Below are positions 20,408-30,300 of a DNA stretch of 64,000 nt, piece by piece. A model generated the notes under the pieces. That model worked only from the letters and a program-made list of their open reading frames with translations, did not search any database and was not told where the DNA came from. Every line of letters starts with the position of its first letter. The stretch's first letter is position 1. This stretch comes from an uncultured Verrucomicrobiae bacterium (GTDB taxonomy: Bacteria > Verrucomicrobiota > Verrucomicrobiia > Chthoniobacterales > Chthoniobacteraceae), in the NCBI GenBank assembly GCA_963769025.1, contig CAVYKI010000010.1, positions 96,001-160,000 on the forward strand, given 5' to 3'. Made by a program: the position numbers and the translations under genes.

Positions 20408-21199
20408 CTACTTCATCAGCTCCGCGAGCTTCGGCGTGATGGCGTCCGCCCAGATCTGATAGCCCTTCGCAGAGAGGTGGAGGAAATCGGGCATGATCTC
20501 CTTGCTCAGCGAGCCATCGGGCTCGAGGAATTTCGCGCCGATATCGAGGAAGAAGACGTGCTTGCCGTCGTCGAGCTTGGCGATCGTTTCATTGACCTGC
20601 TTCAGCTTGTCGCGCTGCGCGTTGGGCGCGGCCTTTTCGCCACGCGGGAAGACGGCGAGCAGGAGGATTTTCGTCGCGGGCGTCTTCGCACGGATCGTCT
20701 CGACGATCTTGGTGACGCCTTTCGCGATGCCCTCCGCCGAGTCCGAACCCGAGTTGTTCGTGCCGATCATGAGCACCGCGGCCTTCGGCTTGATGCCGTC
20801 GAGTTCGCCATTTTCGATGCGCCACAGGACATGCTGGGTGCGATCGCCGCCGATGCCGAAATTGGCAGGCTCATACTTTCCGAACGCCTTTTCCCAGATG
20901 TCCTTCTTGCCGCCCCACCCGGCGGTGATCGAGTCGCCGAGGAAAAGCAGCTTCGCTTTCCCCTGCTTGGCGATGGCGACGAAGCTCTCGTGGGACTTGA
21001 TGAATCCCGCGTTCGGCTGGCCATCGGGACCCAGCTTGGGAGCGGCGACGTCCGGCGCTTGCGGAGGCAGCTTCACCGCCGGCGCGGCCGGCTTCGCGGG
21101 AGCTGGCGCCGCGGGTGCGGCGGCGGGTTTCGTTTCGGCGAAAAGTGACGCCGAGGTGAGAATTGCGGTGAACGCGATTGCGAATGGGAGTGGTTTCAT
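20408..21199 (-). CDS. Secreted SGNH/GDSL hydrolase (PAF-acetylhydrolase-like)
   Basis: Signal peptide and Pro/Ala linker; blocks LFLGDSIT, GIGGDRT, IGTNN and PDFLHL. Confidence 0.92.
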   Translation of the reverse strand: MKPLPFAIAFTAILTSASLFAETKPAAAPAAPAPAKPAAPAVKLPPQAPDVAAPKLGPDGQPNAGFIKSHESFVAIAKQGKAKLLFLGDSITAGWGGKKDIWEKAFGKYEPANFGIGGDRTQHVLWRIENGELDGIKPKAAVLMIGTNNSGSDSAEGIAKGVTKIVETIRAKTPATKILLLAVFPRGEKAAPNAQRDKLKQVNETIAKLDDGKHVFFLDIGAKFLEPDGSLSKEIMPDFLHLSAKGYQIWADAITPKLAELMK

Positions 21200-21354
21200 G
21201 GGGTTGTGGGATTGGAACCGCGGACGCTATGGAGTCCGCGGCGCGCTGACAAGGATCTGCGCAACGAATGTCGTCACGCCGGGGCGAGGGGTACCGTCAG
21301 GGCGATGACGGAAACGGCCGAGGCAGCGAATGGGGCGCTTTCGGCGAAAGCGCC

Positions 21355-22113
21355 CTACCGGAGGATCTCCGCGAAGAACTTCTTCATCGCGGACCATGAT
21401 TCCTTGTCGGCCTTTTCCTGGTAGGCGGGACCGGCCTTGGTGAAGCCGTGCTGCGCGCCTTCGTAGGTGACGAATTCCACCTTCGCTTTCGCCTTTTCCA
21501 TCTCCTCCTTGAACGCGGGGACCTCCTTGTTCACGTGGGTGTCGGCGCCGCCGTGGCAGACCAGGATGCGCGCCTTGATGTCGCCGTCCTTCGCAGGCTT
21601 GGACGTGGAAAGACCGCCGTGGAAGCTCACGACGCCGCGCACATCCGCGCCGCTGCGGGCGAGTTCCAGCACGCTCGTGCCGCCGAAGCAGTAGCCGATG
21701 GCGGCGAGCTTCGTGGCATCGGTGCCGGAGTGTTTCTTGAGCTGGTCGAGCCCGAGCATCACGCGGCGGCGCAGGAGCGGGAGATCGTTTTTGTAAGTGC
21801 CGGCCTGCACCGCGCATTCCTTCGGGTCGGTGGGGCGCACGCCTTTTCCGTAGATGTCGGCGGCGAATGCGACGTAGCCCAGTTCGGCGAGCTGCTTGGT
21901 GCGGGACTTCGCGTAATCCTGCAGGCCGGTCCAGTCGTGGATGACGAGGACGCCGGGGCGCGGGCCTTTCACGGAGTCGTCGTAGGCGAGGAAGCCCTCG
22001 AGTTCCGTGGAGCCGTCCTTGTAGATCACGGTCTCGGTCTTGATTTTTGCGAACGCGGAGGAGGCGAACACGGCGAGTGCGACGATGAGCAGGGAGAATG
22101 GATGACGTTTCAT
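21355..22113 (-). CDS. Secreted dienelactone hydrolase family protein
   Basis: Signal peptide MKRHPFSLL...AFA; IHDWTG, nucleophile GYCFGG, SFHG, HGGAD and HGFT. Confidence 0.92.
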   Translation of the reverse strand: MKRHPFSLLIVALAVFASSAFAKIKTETVIYKDGSTELEGFLAYDDSVKGPRPGVLVIHDWTGLQDYAKSRTKQLAELGYVAFAADIYGKGVRPTDPKECAVQAGTYKNDLPLLRRRVMLGLDQLKKHSGTDATKLAAIGYCFGGTSVLELARSGADVRGVVSFHGGLSTSKPAKDGDIKARILVCHGGADTHVNKEVPAFKEEMEKAKAKVEFVTYEGAQHGFTKAGPAYQEKADKESWSAMKKFFAEILR

Positions 22114-22249
22114 GCCGGAACGCTGGACGAGCGTGGTGTCGATGCAAGCTGCAATCCGTGAAGCCGAGCGCGCACGACGCGGAGCGTGCATTTCTTCACG
22201 CCACGCTGCGGCGCTTCCTTCGCCGGGGAAATGCGCTAGCGTCGGACCG

Positions 22250-22633
22250 ATGTCCGTTTCCCTCGCACGCCTTCTCCTCGTCTCGGCGCTCAGCCTGGCG
22301 CTCGCGTCGTGCAGCTCGGTGCCGCTGCCGGAATGGGCAAAGCGCAAGGCGGTCCCGAAGGCCGTGCCGATCCGTTTCCCGAAGACGCAATCCGACGGCA
22401 CGAAGGGCAATCCCAAGGGCGTCGGGACGATCCTGCTCGTGAATGCGGATGCCGGATTTGTCCTCATCGACTCGCACGGCTGGTCGCTGCCGGAAGTCGG
22501 CACCGCGCTCAAGTGCATCCGCGACGGCGTGGACTCCGGCATCCTGACCGTGAGCGGCGAGCGGCAGGGATCGCACGTCGTCGCCGACATCGTGACGGGC
22601 GCGCCGAAAAAGGGCGATCAGGTCTTTCAGTGA
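22250..22633 (+). CDS. Hypothetical lipoprotein
   Basis: Lipobox LASC after a hydrophobic stretch; small beta-rich domain ending GAPKKGDQVFQ. Confidence 0.7.
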   Translation: MSVSLARLLLVSALSLALASCSSVPLPEWAKRKAVPKAVPIRFPKTQSDGTKGNPKGVGTILLVNADAGFVLIDSHGWSLPEVGTALKCIRDGVDSGILTVSGERQGSHVVADIVTGAPKKGDQVFQ

Positions 22634-22694
22634 AGCCGCGTGGGATCGGCAGCGCGTTCCGCAATCGCGCCCGGCGGCGGAAAAAGTCGCCGCA

Positions 22695-23297
22695 TCACTC
22701 CGGCGCCGGGATGCGCTCGAAGCGGAACCGTGCATCGTATCGCCCGCGATTGTGCGTGCGGCAGCAGCGCAGGCAGGCGGAGCCGCGCTTCAGCGGCCGG
22801 ACGCGCGCGAGCGTCTCGCCGCAGCCCGCGCACCGGTAATGATGGCGCGGCGTCATCACGCGGCGCGGCAGCGGCAAATCGTGCGTGCGCTTTTCATCCG
22901 GCAGCCCGAGGTCGGCGCACGCGCGACGCCACTCCACGCCGTGCGGGGCGATCCGCCGCCGGCCGGAGCGCTCGTGCGCGAGGAGGTGCGCGAGTTCATG
23001 CCGCAGCGTTCGCTGGACTTCGGCATCGCCAAAGTCGCGGAGCCGCGGATTCAGCCGCACCAGCGCACGTCCCGCAAACGCGAGCCCGGCCGTCGTGCGC
23101 AGCCGCGAATCCCACTCCACCCGCACGCGTTCGGCCAGCGCCATCGCACCGGCACCGCGGAGCAAAGCACGCGCTTCGGAGAGCAGCGGATCCTCCGGCT
23201 GGGAAACAACCTTCACGGCAATCGGCGACGGACTCGTCGCCCGAGCGCGCGGGCGCTCGCGCTTCCCGAAAAGGCCCCTGAGAAAATCGAACTGCAT
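22695..23297 (-). CDS. SprT-like zinc metalloprotease
   Basis: RLRTTAG, LRHELAH, PHGVEW and a C-terminal Cys ribbon (CAGC...CLRCC). The start is uncertain (23297 or 23315). Confidence 0.88.
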   Translation of the reverse strand: MQFDFLRGLFGKRERPRARATSPSPIAVKVVSQPEDPLLSEARALLRGAGAMALAERVRVEWDSRLRTTAGLAFAGRALVRLNPRLRDFGDAEVQRTLRHELAHLLAHERSGRRRIAPHGVEWRRACADLGLPDEKRTHDLPLPRRVMTPRHHYRCAGCGETLARVRPLKRGSACLRCCRTHNRGRYDARFRFERIPAPE

Positions 23298-23386
23298 CAC
23301 GCGAGCATCCGACATTCTGCGCACCGGTTGCGATGCAATTTCTTCGCCACGGTCGCTCAGTGAGCGCCGCGCCCCCGGGGAGGGAG

Positions 23387-23469
23387 TGGGCAGAGATGGA
23401 TTCGAACCATCGAAGGCGTAAGCCAGCGGATTTACAGTCCGCCCCGTTTGGCCACTTCGGTATCTACCC
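23387..23469 (-). tRNA. tRNA-Tyr (GTA), long variable arm, CCA not encoded
   Basis: Reverse complement reads GGGTAGATACCGAAGTGGCCAAACGGGGCGGACTGTAAATCCGCTGGCTTACGCCTTCGATGGTTCGAATCCATCTCTGCCCA: acceptor stem, anticodon loop CTGTAAA and T-loop GTTCGAAT. Confidence 0.97.
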
Positions 23470-23547
23470 TTTTTTGGTGGGGGCCGTGGATATACGCAGG
23501 CGGCTCCGCGGCGCAAGGGTTTCGCTGGAAAAAATCCGCGCGGACAA

Positions 23548-24243
23548 TCAGCGACTGCCGCCCGGACTTTGGCGCGGGACGATTTCGGACGCTGCCCGCG
23601 ACTTCACGATGCTGTTCGCGGGACACACGCCGCGCCATTGCATGCCGGGATAAATGATGGAGTCGCGCCCGACGAGTGAGCCGGGGTTCAGCACGGAGTT
23701 GCAGCCGATCTCGACGCGGTCGCCGAGGATGGCCCCGAACTTTTTCAACCCGGTGGGAATGAGGCCGCCGTCCGTGACGACGGTGATCTCACGGCGATCG
23801 AGGCGCACGTTGCTGAGGATCGCGCCGGCGCCGAGGTGCGCCTTGTGGCCGAGGATCGAGTCGCCGACGTAGTTGAAATGCGGGATCTGCGCCTCGTCGA
23901 AGACGATGCAGTTCTTGAACTCGCTCGAATTCCCGAGCACGCAGCCGCGGCCGACGATCACATTTTCGCGGATGTAGCAGCCGTTGCGGATTTCGCAGTC
24001 CTCGCCGATCCACGCGGGGCCTTTGATCATCGCTCCATGCTCGATCACCGTGCCCGCGCCGACGAAGACGGCGTTGCTCACAAACGGCTTGCCGATGAGC
24101 TTCGCGAGCACCTGCGGCTTCAGGCGGAATTGCAGGTAGCTGGGGATTTGCTTCAGCGCCTCCCAGACGTTCACCGTGCTGTCGAAAAGCATCCGGTGTT
24201 CAGTGTGGTTCAGGTCGAGGTAGTCGGCGGCAGGGAAGGTCAT
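23548..24243 (-). CDS. GlmU C-terminal-like left-handed beta-helix acetyltransferase (no nucleotidyltransferase domain)
   Basis: Hexapeptide repeats; GNSSEFKN, PHFNYVGDSILG, HLGAG, KFGAILGD and IGCNSVLNPG. Confidence 0.85.
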   Translation of the reverse strand: MTFPAADYLDLNHTEHRMLFDSTVNVWEALKQIPSYLQFRLKPQVLAKLIGKPFVSNAVFVGAGTVIEHGAMIKGPAWIGEDCEIRNGCYIRENVIVGRGCVLGNSSEFKNCIVFDEAQIPHFNYVGDSILGHKAHLGAGAILSNVRLDRREITVVTDGGLIPTGLKKFGAILGDRVEIGCNSVLNPGSLVGRDSIIYPGMQWRGVCPANSIVKSRAASEIVPRQSPGGSR

Positions 24244-24337
24244 CGGTGTCTCGCAGGCGACGGCGTAGCGGGCCGGCGGCGCGATGGCAAGGAGCGGCGC
24301 AAGCGTGATTCGGGAACGGGAGCGTCCGCCGCGCTCC

Positions 24338-25144
24338 TCATCCGTGAAAAAAGCGCGTGAAGTTTCCGGCCACGAGCGCGGCGAGTTCGTCGCGAGACAC
24401 GCCTCGGATCTCCGCGAGCGCGTCGTAGGCGACGAGCAGGTTTGCGGGGTGATTGAGCGTCTTCCCGTCCGCGCCGTGCAATGGGCGCGGGTTGCACTCC
24501 GGCGGGGGCGCGAGGTCCGGCGCGTCGGTTTCCACGAGCACGCGGTCGGCGGGGAGCTGCCGGAAAATCTCGCGCTGCGCCGCCTTCCGCTCGTGAAGGA
24601 AGGACGGTGAAAACGAGAAATGCGCACCGTGCGCGAGGAAGCCCGCGACCATTTCCGCGGGACCGCCGTAGGCGTGGATCAGAAAACCGCGCGCCGGAAC
24701 CGGGCCCTCGCGGATGATGTCCCACAGCGCGCCCCACGCGCGGATGCAGTGGATCGTGGCGGGACGATTTCGCTCCGTTGCGAGATTGAGCTGCCAGCGG
24801 AAGCATTCCGCCTGCGCCGCCGGATCATGGCCTTCGATCCAGCGGTCGATGCCGATTTCGCCGACGCCCGCGCCGGGATGCACATCGAGGAATCGCAGGA
24901 GATTTTCGCGCCATGCGGGAGTGCGCTCGTTCACATACCACGGATGCAGGCCGAAGGACGGAATCACCCATGGCATCGCAGCGGCGAGGGAGGCGACTTC
25001 GGCCCAGTCGTCCTCGCGGGTTCCGTTCACGACTGCGCCGCGCACTCCGAGGCCGGGAAGCTCGGCGAGGATTTCCGCACGCCACGGCAGCAGGCGCGCA
25101 TCGTGGAGATGATTGTGCGCGTCGAGCAGCGGCGGCGGGGTCAT
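24338..25144 (-). CDS. TatD family metallo-hydrolase
   Basis: DAHNH, GLHPW, VGEIGID, IHC, IHAY and VETDAPD. Confidence 0.93.
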   Translation of the reverse strand: MTPPPLLDAHNHLHDARLLPWRAEILAELPGLGVRGAVVNGTREDDWAEVASLAAAMPWVIPSFGLHPWYVNERTPAWRENLLRFLDVHPGAGVGEIGIDRWIEGHDPAAQAECFRWQLNLATERNRPATIHCIRAWGALWDIIREGPVPARGFLIHAYGGPAEMVAGFLAHGAHFSFSPSFLHERKAAQREIFRQLPADRVLVETDAPDLAPPPECNPRPLHGADGKTLNHPANLLVAYDALAEIRGVSRDELAALVAGNFTRFFHG

Positions 25145-25563
25145 TGCTCGGTCGTCGCGAATGCCACCGCGATCTGCTTCATGCGCGCGCGCACCGAAGC
25201 GAGGCCGGCGAGCCGCGTGGGCGAGACCATCCGGACGATCCCGAGCTCATCAAAGAGCGTCGGCTCCAGGCCGAGCACGGCCTCCGGCGAGGCGCCCTCG
25301 TAAAGTTCGCACAGCAGCGCGACGAGGCCCTTCACCATCGGCGCGTCGCTTTCCATCCGCCACCGGCATGCGCCGGACTCGAGTTCGCCGGTGAGCCACA
25401 CGCGGGACTGGCAGCCGAGGATGCGGTTTTCCTCGATGAGGAGCTCCTGCGCAGGCGCCGGGCACTTCTTCGCGCGCGACATGAGCGCGGCGAGCCGCTC
25501 GTGCGGGTCTTCGATGATGGCGAGCTTCGCCACGAGCTCGATCTGTTTTTCGGCGAGGCTCAT
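25141..25563 (-). CDS. sufE: SufE/CsdE family sulfur-acceptor protein
   Basis: GCQSRVW, ESDAPMVKGL and SPTRLAG; its stop overlaps the TatD start (ATGA). Confidence 0.88.
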   Translation of the reverse strand: MSLAEKQIELVAKLAIIEDPHERLAALMSRAKKCPAPAQELLIEENRILGCQSRVWLTGELESGACRWRMESDAPMVKGLVALLCELYEGASPEAVLGLEPTLFDELGIVRMVSPTRLAGLASVRARMKQIAVAFATTEQ

Positions 25564-25579
25564 CGAGGTCAGTCTGCCG

Positions 25580-26134
25580 CTACTTTTTCGCCAGCGCGTC
25601 CTCGATGGCCTTCACAAGCTGCGAATCATCCGGCTCCGCATCCGACTCGAAACGCGCGAGCACCTTCCCGTCGCGGCCGATGAGGATTTTCCCGAAGTTC
25701 CACTGGATGTCGCCGGGGATTGCCGAACCGGGGCCGGTGAGTGCCTTGAACAGCGGGTGCTGCCCCGGGCCCTTCACGTGCATCTTTTCCATCATGGGGA
25801 AAGTGACGCTGTAGTTTGAAGCGCAGAACGACTTGATGTCCGCATTCGTGCCCGGCTCCTGCGCGCCGAAGTCGTTGCTGGGAAAACCGACGACCACGAG
25901 GCCCTTGTCCTTGAGCCTTTCGTAGAGCGACTGGAGACCGGCGTATTGCGGGGTGCTGCCGCACTGGCTGGCGACGTTCACGGCGAGGACGACCTGGCCC
26001 GCATAGGCCTTCAGCGAAGTCGCCTTTCCGTCGATGTCCTTGATGGGGATCGTCTGCAGCTTCGGCTCGTCGGCTGCGAGCGAGGCGCCGAGGGTGACGG
26101 TGACTGCGAGCGCGGCAATGTGGAGGATGTTCAT
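25580..26134 (-). CDS. Cys-type glutathione peroxidase family protein with signal peptide
   Basis: VNVASQCGSTPQY, GFPSNDFGAQEPG and WNFGK; the N-terminus is a hydrophobic signal. Confidence 0.93.
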   Translation of the reverse strand: MNILHIAALAVTVTLGASLAADEPKLQTIPIKDIDGKATSLKAYAGQVVLAVNVASQCGSTPQYAGLQSLYERLKDKGLVVVGFPSNDFGAQEPGTNADIKSFCASNYSVTFPMMEKMHVKGPGQHPLFKALTGPGSAIPGDIQWNFGKILIGRDGKVLARFESDAEPDDSQLVKAIEDALAKK

Positions 26135-26293
26135 GGTTGGGTTGAAAGTGCTGCGCATTCCTCGCAGACGCCGGGCGTGCGCGCAATGGCGCACGTGAAA
26201 GCGGCACCCGCGACTCGCAATTGAAACGCCGGGCATCGAGCCCGCCGAACACCCCCTCCGCCCACATTTCTCGCACTTCAGCCGAAATAGCCG

Positions 26294-26322
26294 TTGACAC
26301 TCCCGGCCCTGCTTCCTAGTTT
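26294..26322 (+). promoter_or_regulatory. Sigma70-type promoter of rplM-rpsI
   Basis: TTGACA-N17-TAGTTT, ending 19 nt upstream of the rplM ATG. Confidence 0.7.
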
Positions 26323-26341
26323 CCCGCCCCTTTTTCAAACC

Positions 26342-26776
26342 ATGAGGACACTCTCCGCAAAAGCAAACGAAGTCCAGCGACGCTGGTGGATCATTGACGC
26401 AGCCGACCAGGTGCTCGGCCGCGTCGCCAGCCGTGCCGCAAACATTCTCCGTGGCAAAGAGAAAGCCACTTTCACCCCGCACATGGACGCCGGCGACTTC
26501 GTCATCGTCGTGAACGCCCAGAAGGTAAAAGTGACTGGCAAGAAGGAGACGGCCAAGGAATACATGAGCTTCTCCGGCTACGTCGGCGGCCATAAGAGCG
26601 AGACGCTGGAAAACCGCCGCGCGCGCCGTCCCGAGTTGCTCATCTCGAATGCCATCAAGGGAATGATTCCCCACACGCGCCTCGGCCGCAGCCAGATCAC
26701 GAAATTGAAGGTGTATGCCGGTGCCGAGCACCCGCACGCCGCCCAGCAGCCCGTGTCGGTCGGCAAAGTCTCCTAA
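26342..26776 (+). CDS. rplM: 50S ribosomal protein L13
   Basis: WWIIDA, LGRVAS, FTPHMDAGDFVIVVNA, KLKVYAGAEHPHAAQQP. Confidence 0.98.
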   Translation: MRTLSAKANEVQRRWWIIDAADQVLGRVASRAANILRGKEKATFTPHMDAGDFVIVVNAQKVKVTGKKETAKEYMSFSGYVGGHKSETLENRRARRPELLISNAIKGMIPHTRLGRSQITKLKVYAGAEHPHAAQQPVSVGKVS

Positions 26777-26794
26777 GCAGAAAAAATTCGCATC

Positions 26795-27190
26795 ATGTCC
26801 AACGAAGCCATCATTTCCGCCATCGGACGCCGCAAGACCGCCACCGCACGCGTGCGTCTCACGCCGGGTTCGGGCAAAATCCTCATCAACGGGCGTCCGT
26901 ACGACGACTACTTCCCGGTGACCTCCTTTCAGGGCATGGTTCTGAAGCCGCTCGAAATCGCAAAGAGCCGCAACACCTACGACATCACCGCCAACGCCTC
27001 CGGCGGCGGCGTCGGTGGCCAGGCCGGCGCAGTCAGCCTCGGCATCGCACGCGCGCTCCTGCAAGTCAGCGCCGAACTCCGCGGTGCGCTCAAGGCCGAG
27101 GGCCTGCTGACGCGTGACCCGCGCATGAAGGAACGCAAAAAGCCCGGCCAGCCCGGCGCCCGCAAGCGCTTCCAGTTCAGCAAGCGCTAG
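26795..27190 (+). CDS. rpsI: 30S ribosomal protein S9
   Basis: GRRKTATARV, GGGVGGQAGA, LTRDPRMKERKKPGQPGARKRFQFSKR. Confidence 0.98.
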   Translation: MSNEAIISAIGRRKTATARVRLTPGSGKILINGRPYDDYFPVTSFQGMVLKPLEIAKSRNTYDITANASGGGVGGQAGAVSLGIARALLQVSAELRGALKAEGLLTRDPRMKERKKPGQPGARKRFQFSKR

Positions 27191-27234
27191 AAAATTTACC
27201 CCGGAATCTTCCCCCACACAGATTCCTCCGAGAG

Positions 27235-27284
27235 ACCCGCGCTGTGCGTCCCCCGATGCACGCACAGCGCGGGTTTTCCTTTTT
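27235..27284 (+). terminator. Rho-independent terminator after rpsI
   Basis: 15-bp stem ACCCGCGCTGTGCGT / ACGCACAGCGCGGGT followed by TTTCCTTTTT. Confidence 0.85.
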
Positions 27285-27381
27285 CGCGGAACCGATCCGG
27301 ACACGCGCTCTAAGCTCGCCATTGCTCCCGAGTCGTTTCTGCCGAGAATGTCACGGCTTCATCGTCCAGCCGCATTCCCCC

Positions 27382-30300
27382 ATGCGCACTCGCACTCTCG
27401 CATTTCTCTCCTCGGCCATCCTCGTCTGCACGGCGCAGGCGGCGCCCGACTACGCGCGGGACATCAAGCCGATCCTCGCGAAGAACTGCTACGAATGCCA
27501 TGGCCCGGACAAGCAGAAGAGCGGGCTGAGACTCGACAGCCGCGCGGCTGCATTCCGGCCCGCTGAGTCCGGCGACACGGCGATCGTCGCCTGGAAAAGT
27601 GCGGACAGTCCGTTGATTCAGCGCGTGCTCTCGTCGGATCCCGATGAGCAGATGCCGCCGAAACGCGGCACCAATTCCAGCCTTGCGAAGAAGGAAATCG
27701 AAACGCTGAAAGCGTGGATCGATGCCGGTGCGGACTGGCCTGCCGCGGAACCATCCCTTCGTCACTGGGCATACGAAAAGCCCGTGCGCCCCACCCTTCC
27801 GTCGATCAAAGCGAAAGCGTGGCCGAAGAATCCGATCGATCATTTCATCCTCGCGCGCCTCGAAGCGGCAGGCCTCGCGCCTTCGCCCGTGGCATCGCCG
27901 GAGACGCTCTGCCGCCGGATGCATCTCGATCTCACAGGGCTGCCGCCGACGCCCGGGCGCACCGCTGCATTCGTCCAGTCCGCGACGCGGGATCTCGATG
28001 CCGCGATCGCCAGCCTCGCGGAGGAACTGCTCGCCTCGCCGCAGTACGGCGAGCGCTGGGCGCGGCCGTGGCTCGATTATGCACGCTACGCGGACTCGCA
28101 CGGCTTCCAGCGCGACGACTTGCGCGACCTTTGGCCGTATCGCGACTGGGTGGTGAACGCGATCAACGCCGACATGCCGTTCACGCAGTTCACCATCGAG
28201 CAGCTCGCCGGCGACGTGCTGCCGAATGCGACCGAGGGCCAGAAAATCGCCACAGGCTTCAACCGCAGCGCTCCGACCAACGTGGAGGCCGGCACCGATC
28301 CCGAGGAGACGCGCGTGAACCAGATCCACGATCGCGTGAGCACACTCGGGACGGTCTGGCTCGGCGCGACGCTGGAATGCGCCCAGTGCCACGATCACAA
28401 ATACGACCCCTTCTCGCAGCGCGACTACTACGGCGTCTTCGCGTTTTTCAACAACACCTCGCTCGAAGCGGACCGCACGAATCCGAAGACGCCCGGCTCG
28501 ATCCAGTTCAAAGGCCCGGTCATGGAGATTTCGGATCCGGGCACGCGTGCCGAACGCGAACGGATCCAAGGCGAGCTCGCAAAGGTGGAGAAAGAGCTCG
28601 CCGCGTTGGATGCAGGTGGCGAATCGGACCAGGCTGCGTGGGAGGAAGCGCTGCTCAAGCGGAGCAACGATTCGCCGAAGGAGCATGTGCTCGAAATCGC
28701 GGACTTCGATTCCAGCGGTGGCGCGACCAGCGAGATTCTCGCGGACAAGTCGGTGCTCATCAGCGGCGAACCCGCGCCGGACAAGGACACCTACGTGCTC
28801 GAAGTGCGCACGAAAACCACCGGCATCCGCGGCATCAAGCTCGAGGCGCTCACCGATGACGCGCTGCCCGGCAAAGGTCCCGGCCGCGGCGACGAAAAGC
28901 GGCCGAACTTTGTCCTGAACAACCTCACCGTGACCGCCGCGCCCGCCGACAAGCCGCAGCAGGCAAAACCGGTGACCTTCATTTCGGCGAAGGCCTCGTT
29001 TTCGCAGTCGAATTTTCCCGTCGAGAACCTGCTCAAATCCGACAACACCGCGAAGGCCGGCGGCTGGGCCATCAACCCGCGCTTCCACGAGTCGCACTGG
29101 GCGGTCCTCGAGACTGCCGAGGCGCTCGGCTTCGCGGCAGGAACGGTGCTCACTTTCAAACTGGAGCAAAACTATGGCGGGAGCCGCACGATCGGTCGCC
29201 TGCGGCTGAGCGCGATTACCGGCAATGTGAGCGGCGAGGCGCTGCCGGCGGAGCTGACCGACGCGCTCGGCACACCCGCCACGAAACGGAAGCCGAAGCA
29301 GAAGAAAGTGATCGCGGATTACCGGCGCAAGCAGAGCCCGGAGTTCGCGCGACTCGACAAGGAAAAGGCGCGGCTCGATGCCCAGCTCCGCAAGCTCAAG
29401 CCGCCCTCGACGCTGATAATGCAGGAGGACACGCCTCGCATGAGCGCCATTTTCCAGCGCGGGGAGTTTCGCACTCCCGGCGACAAGGTGGAGCCGCATG
29501 TGCCTGCGGTGCTCCATCCTTTGATGCGCGAAGCCGAGCTCCAGCCCACGCGTCTCGACCTCGCGAGGTGGCTTGTCAGCCGCGAAAATCCGGTCGTCGC
29601 GCGCGTCGTGGTGAACCGCTGGTGGGCGGACTTGTTCGGCCACGGGATCGTCACGACACCGGAGGACTTCGGGATCAAAGGCGAGCCGCCGACGCATCCC
29701 GAACTGCTCGACTGGCTGGCGTGCGAGTTCATGGACAACGGCTGGAGCATGAAGCAGACGCTGAGGACCATCGTCACGAGTGCGACCTATCGGCAGTCCT
29801 CGAAGGTGACGCCGGAGTTGCTCGCGCGCGACGACCAGAACCTGCTCTACGCCCGAGGCCCGCGACACCGGCTCGACGCCGAGATGATCCGCGACAACGC
29901 GCTCGCCATTTCCGGACTGCTCAGCCTCAGGCAGGGCGGGCCGCCCATCAGACCTTACCAGCCCGACGGCCTGTGGGTGAAAGTCGGCGGCCAGCGTTAC
30001 GACTACGAGGTCAGCCCCGGCGATGAGAAATACCGGCGCGGCCTTTACGTCGTCTGGAAGCGCGGCGCGCCATATCCGAGCTTCGTGACCTTCGACGCCA
30101 ACGCGCGCATGGCCTGCCGCGTGAAGCGTCCGCGTTCAAACACGCCGCTCCAGGCGCTCACGCTGATGAACGACCCGGTGTACGTCGAAGCCGCGATGGC
30201 CTTCGCGAAGCGCGTGCTGACGGAGAAACCCGCGGCCGACACGGAGGCGCGGCTGCGCCATGCATTCGCCATCGCGACGTCACGCGCTCCGCGACCGGAG

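Noticed and set aside
23387..23469. tRNA-Tyr as an island integration site
   Set aside because: No integrase and no duplicated tRNA 3' end seen in the window.
25940..25985. Selenocysteine in the glutathione peroxidase
   Set aside because: The active-site codon is TGC (Cys) in an open frame.
25580..27322. 580-aa ORF extending GPx across rplM/rpsI
   Set aside because: The upstream part is antisense to ribosomal protein genes; the real start is about 26134.
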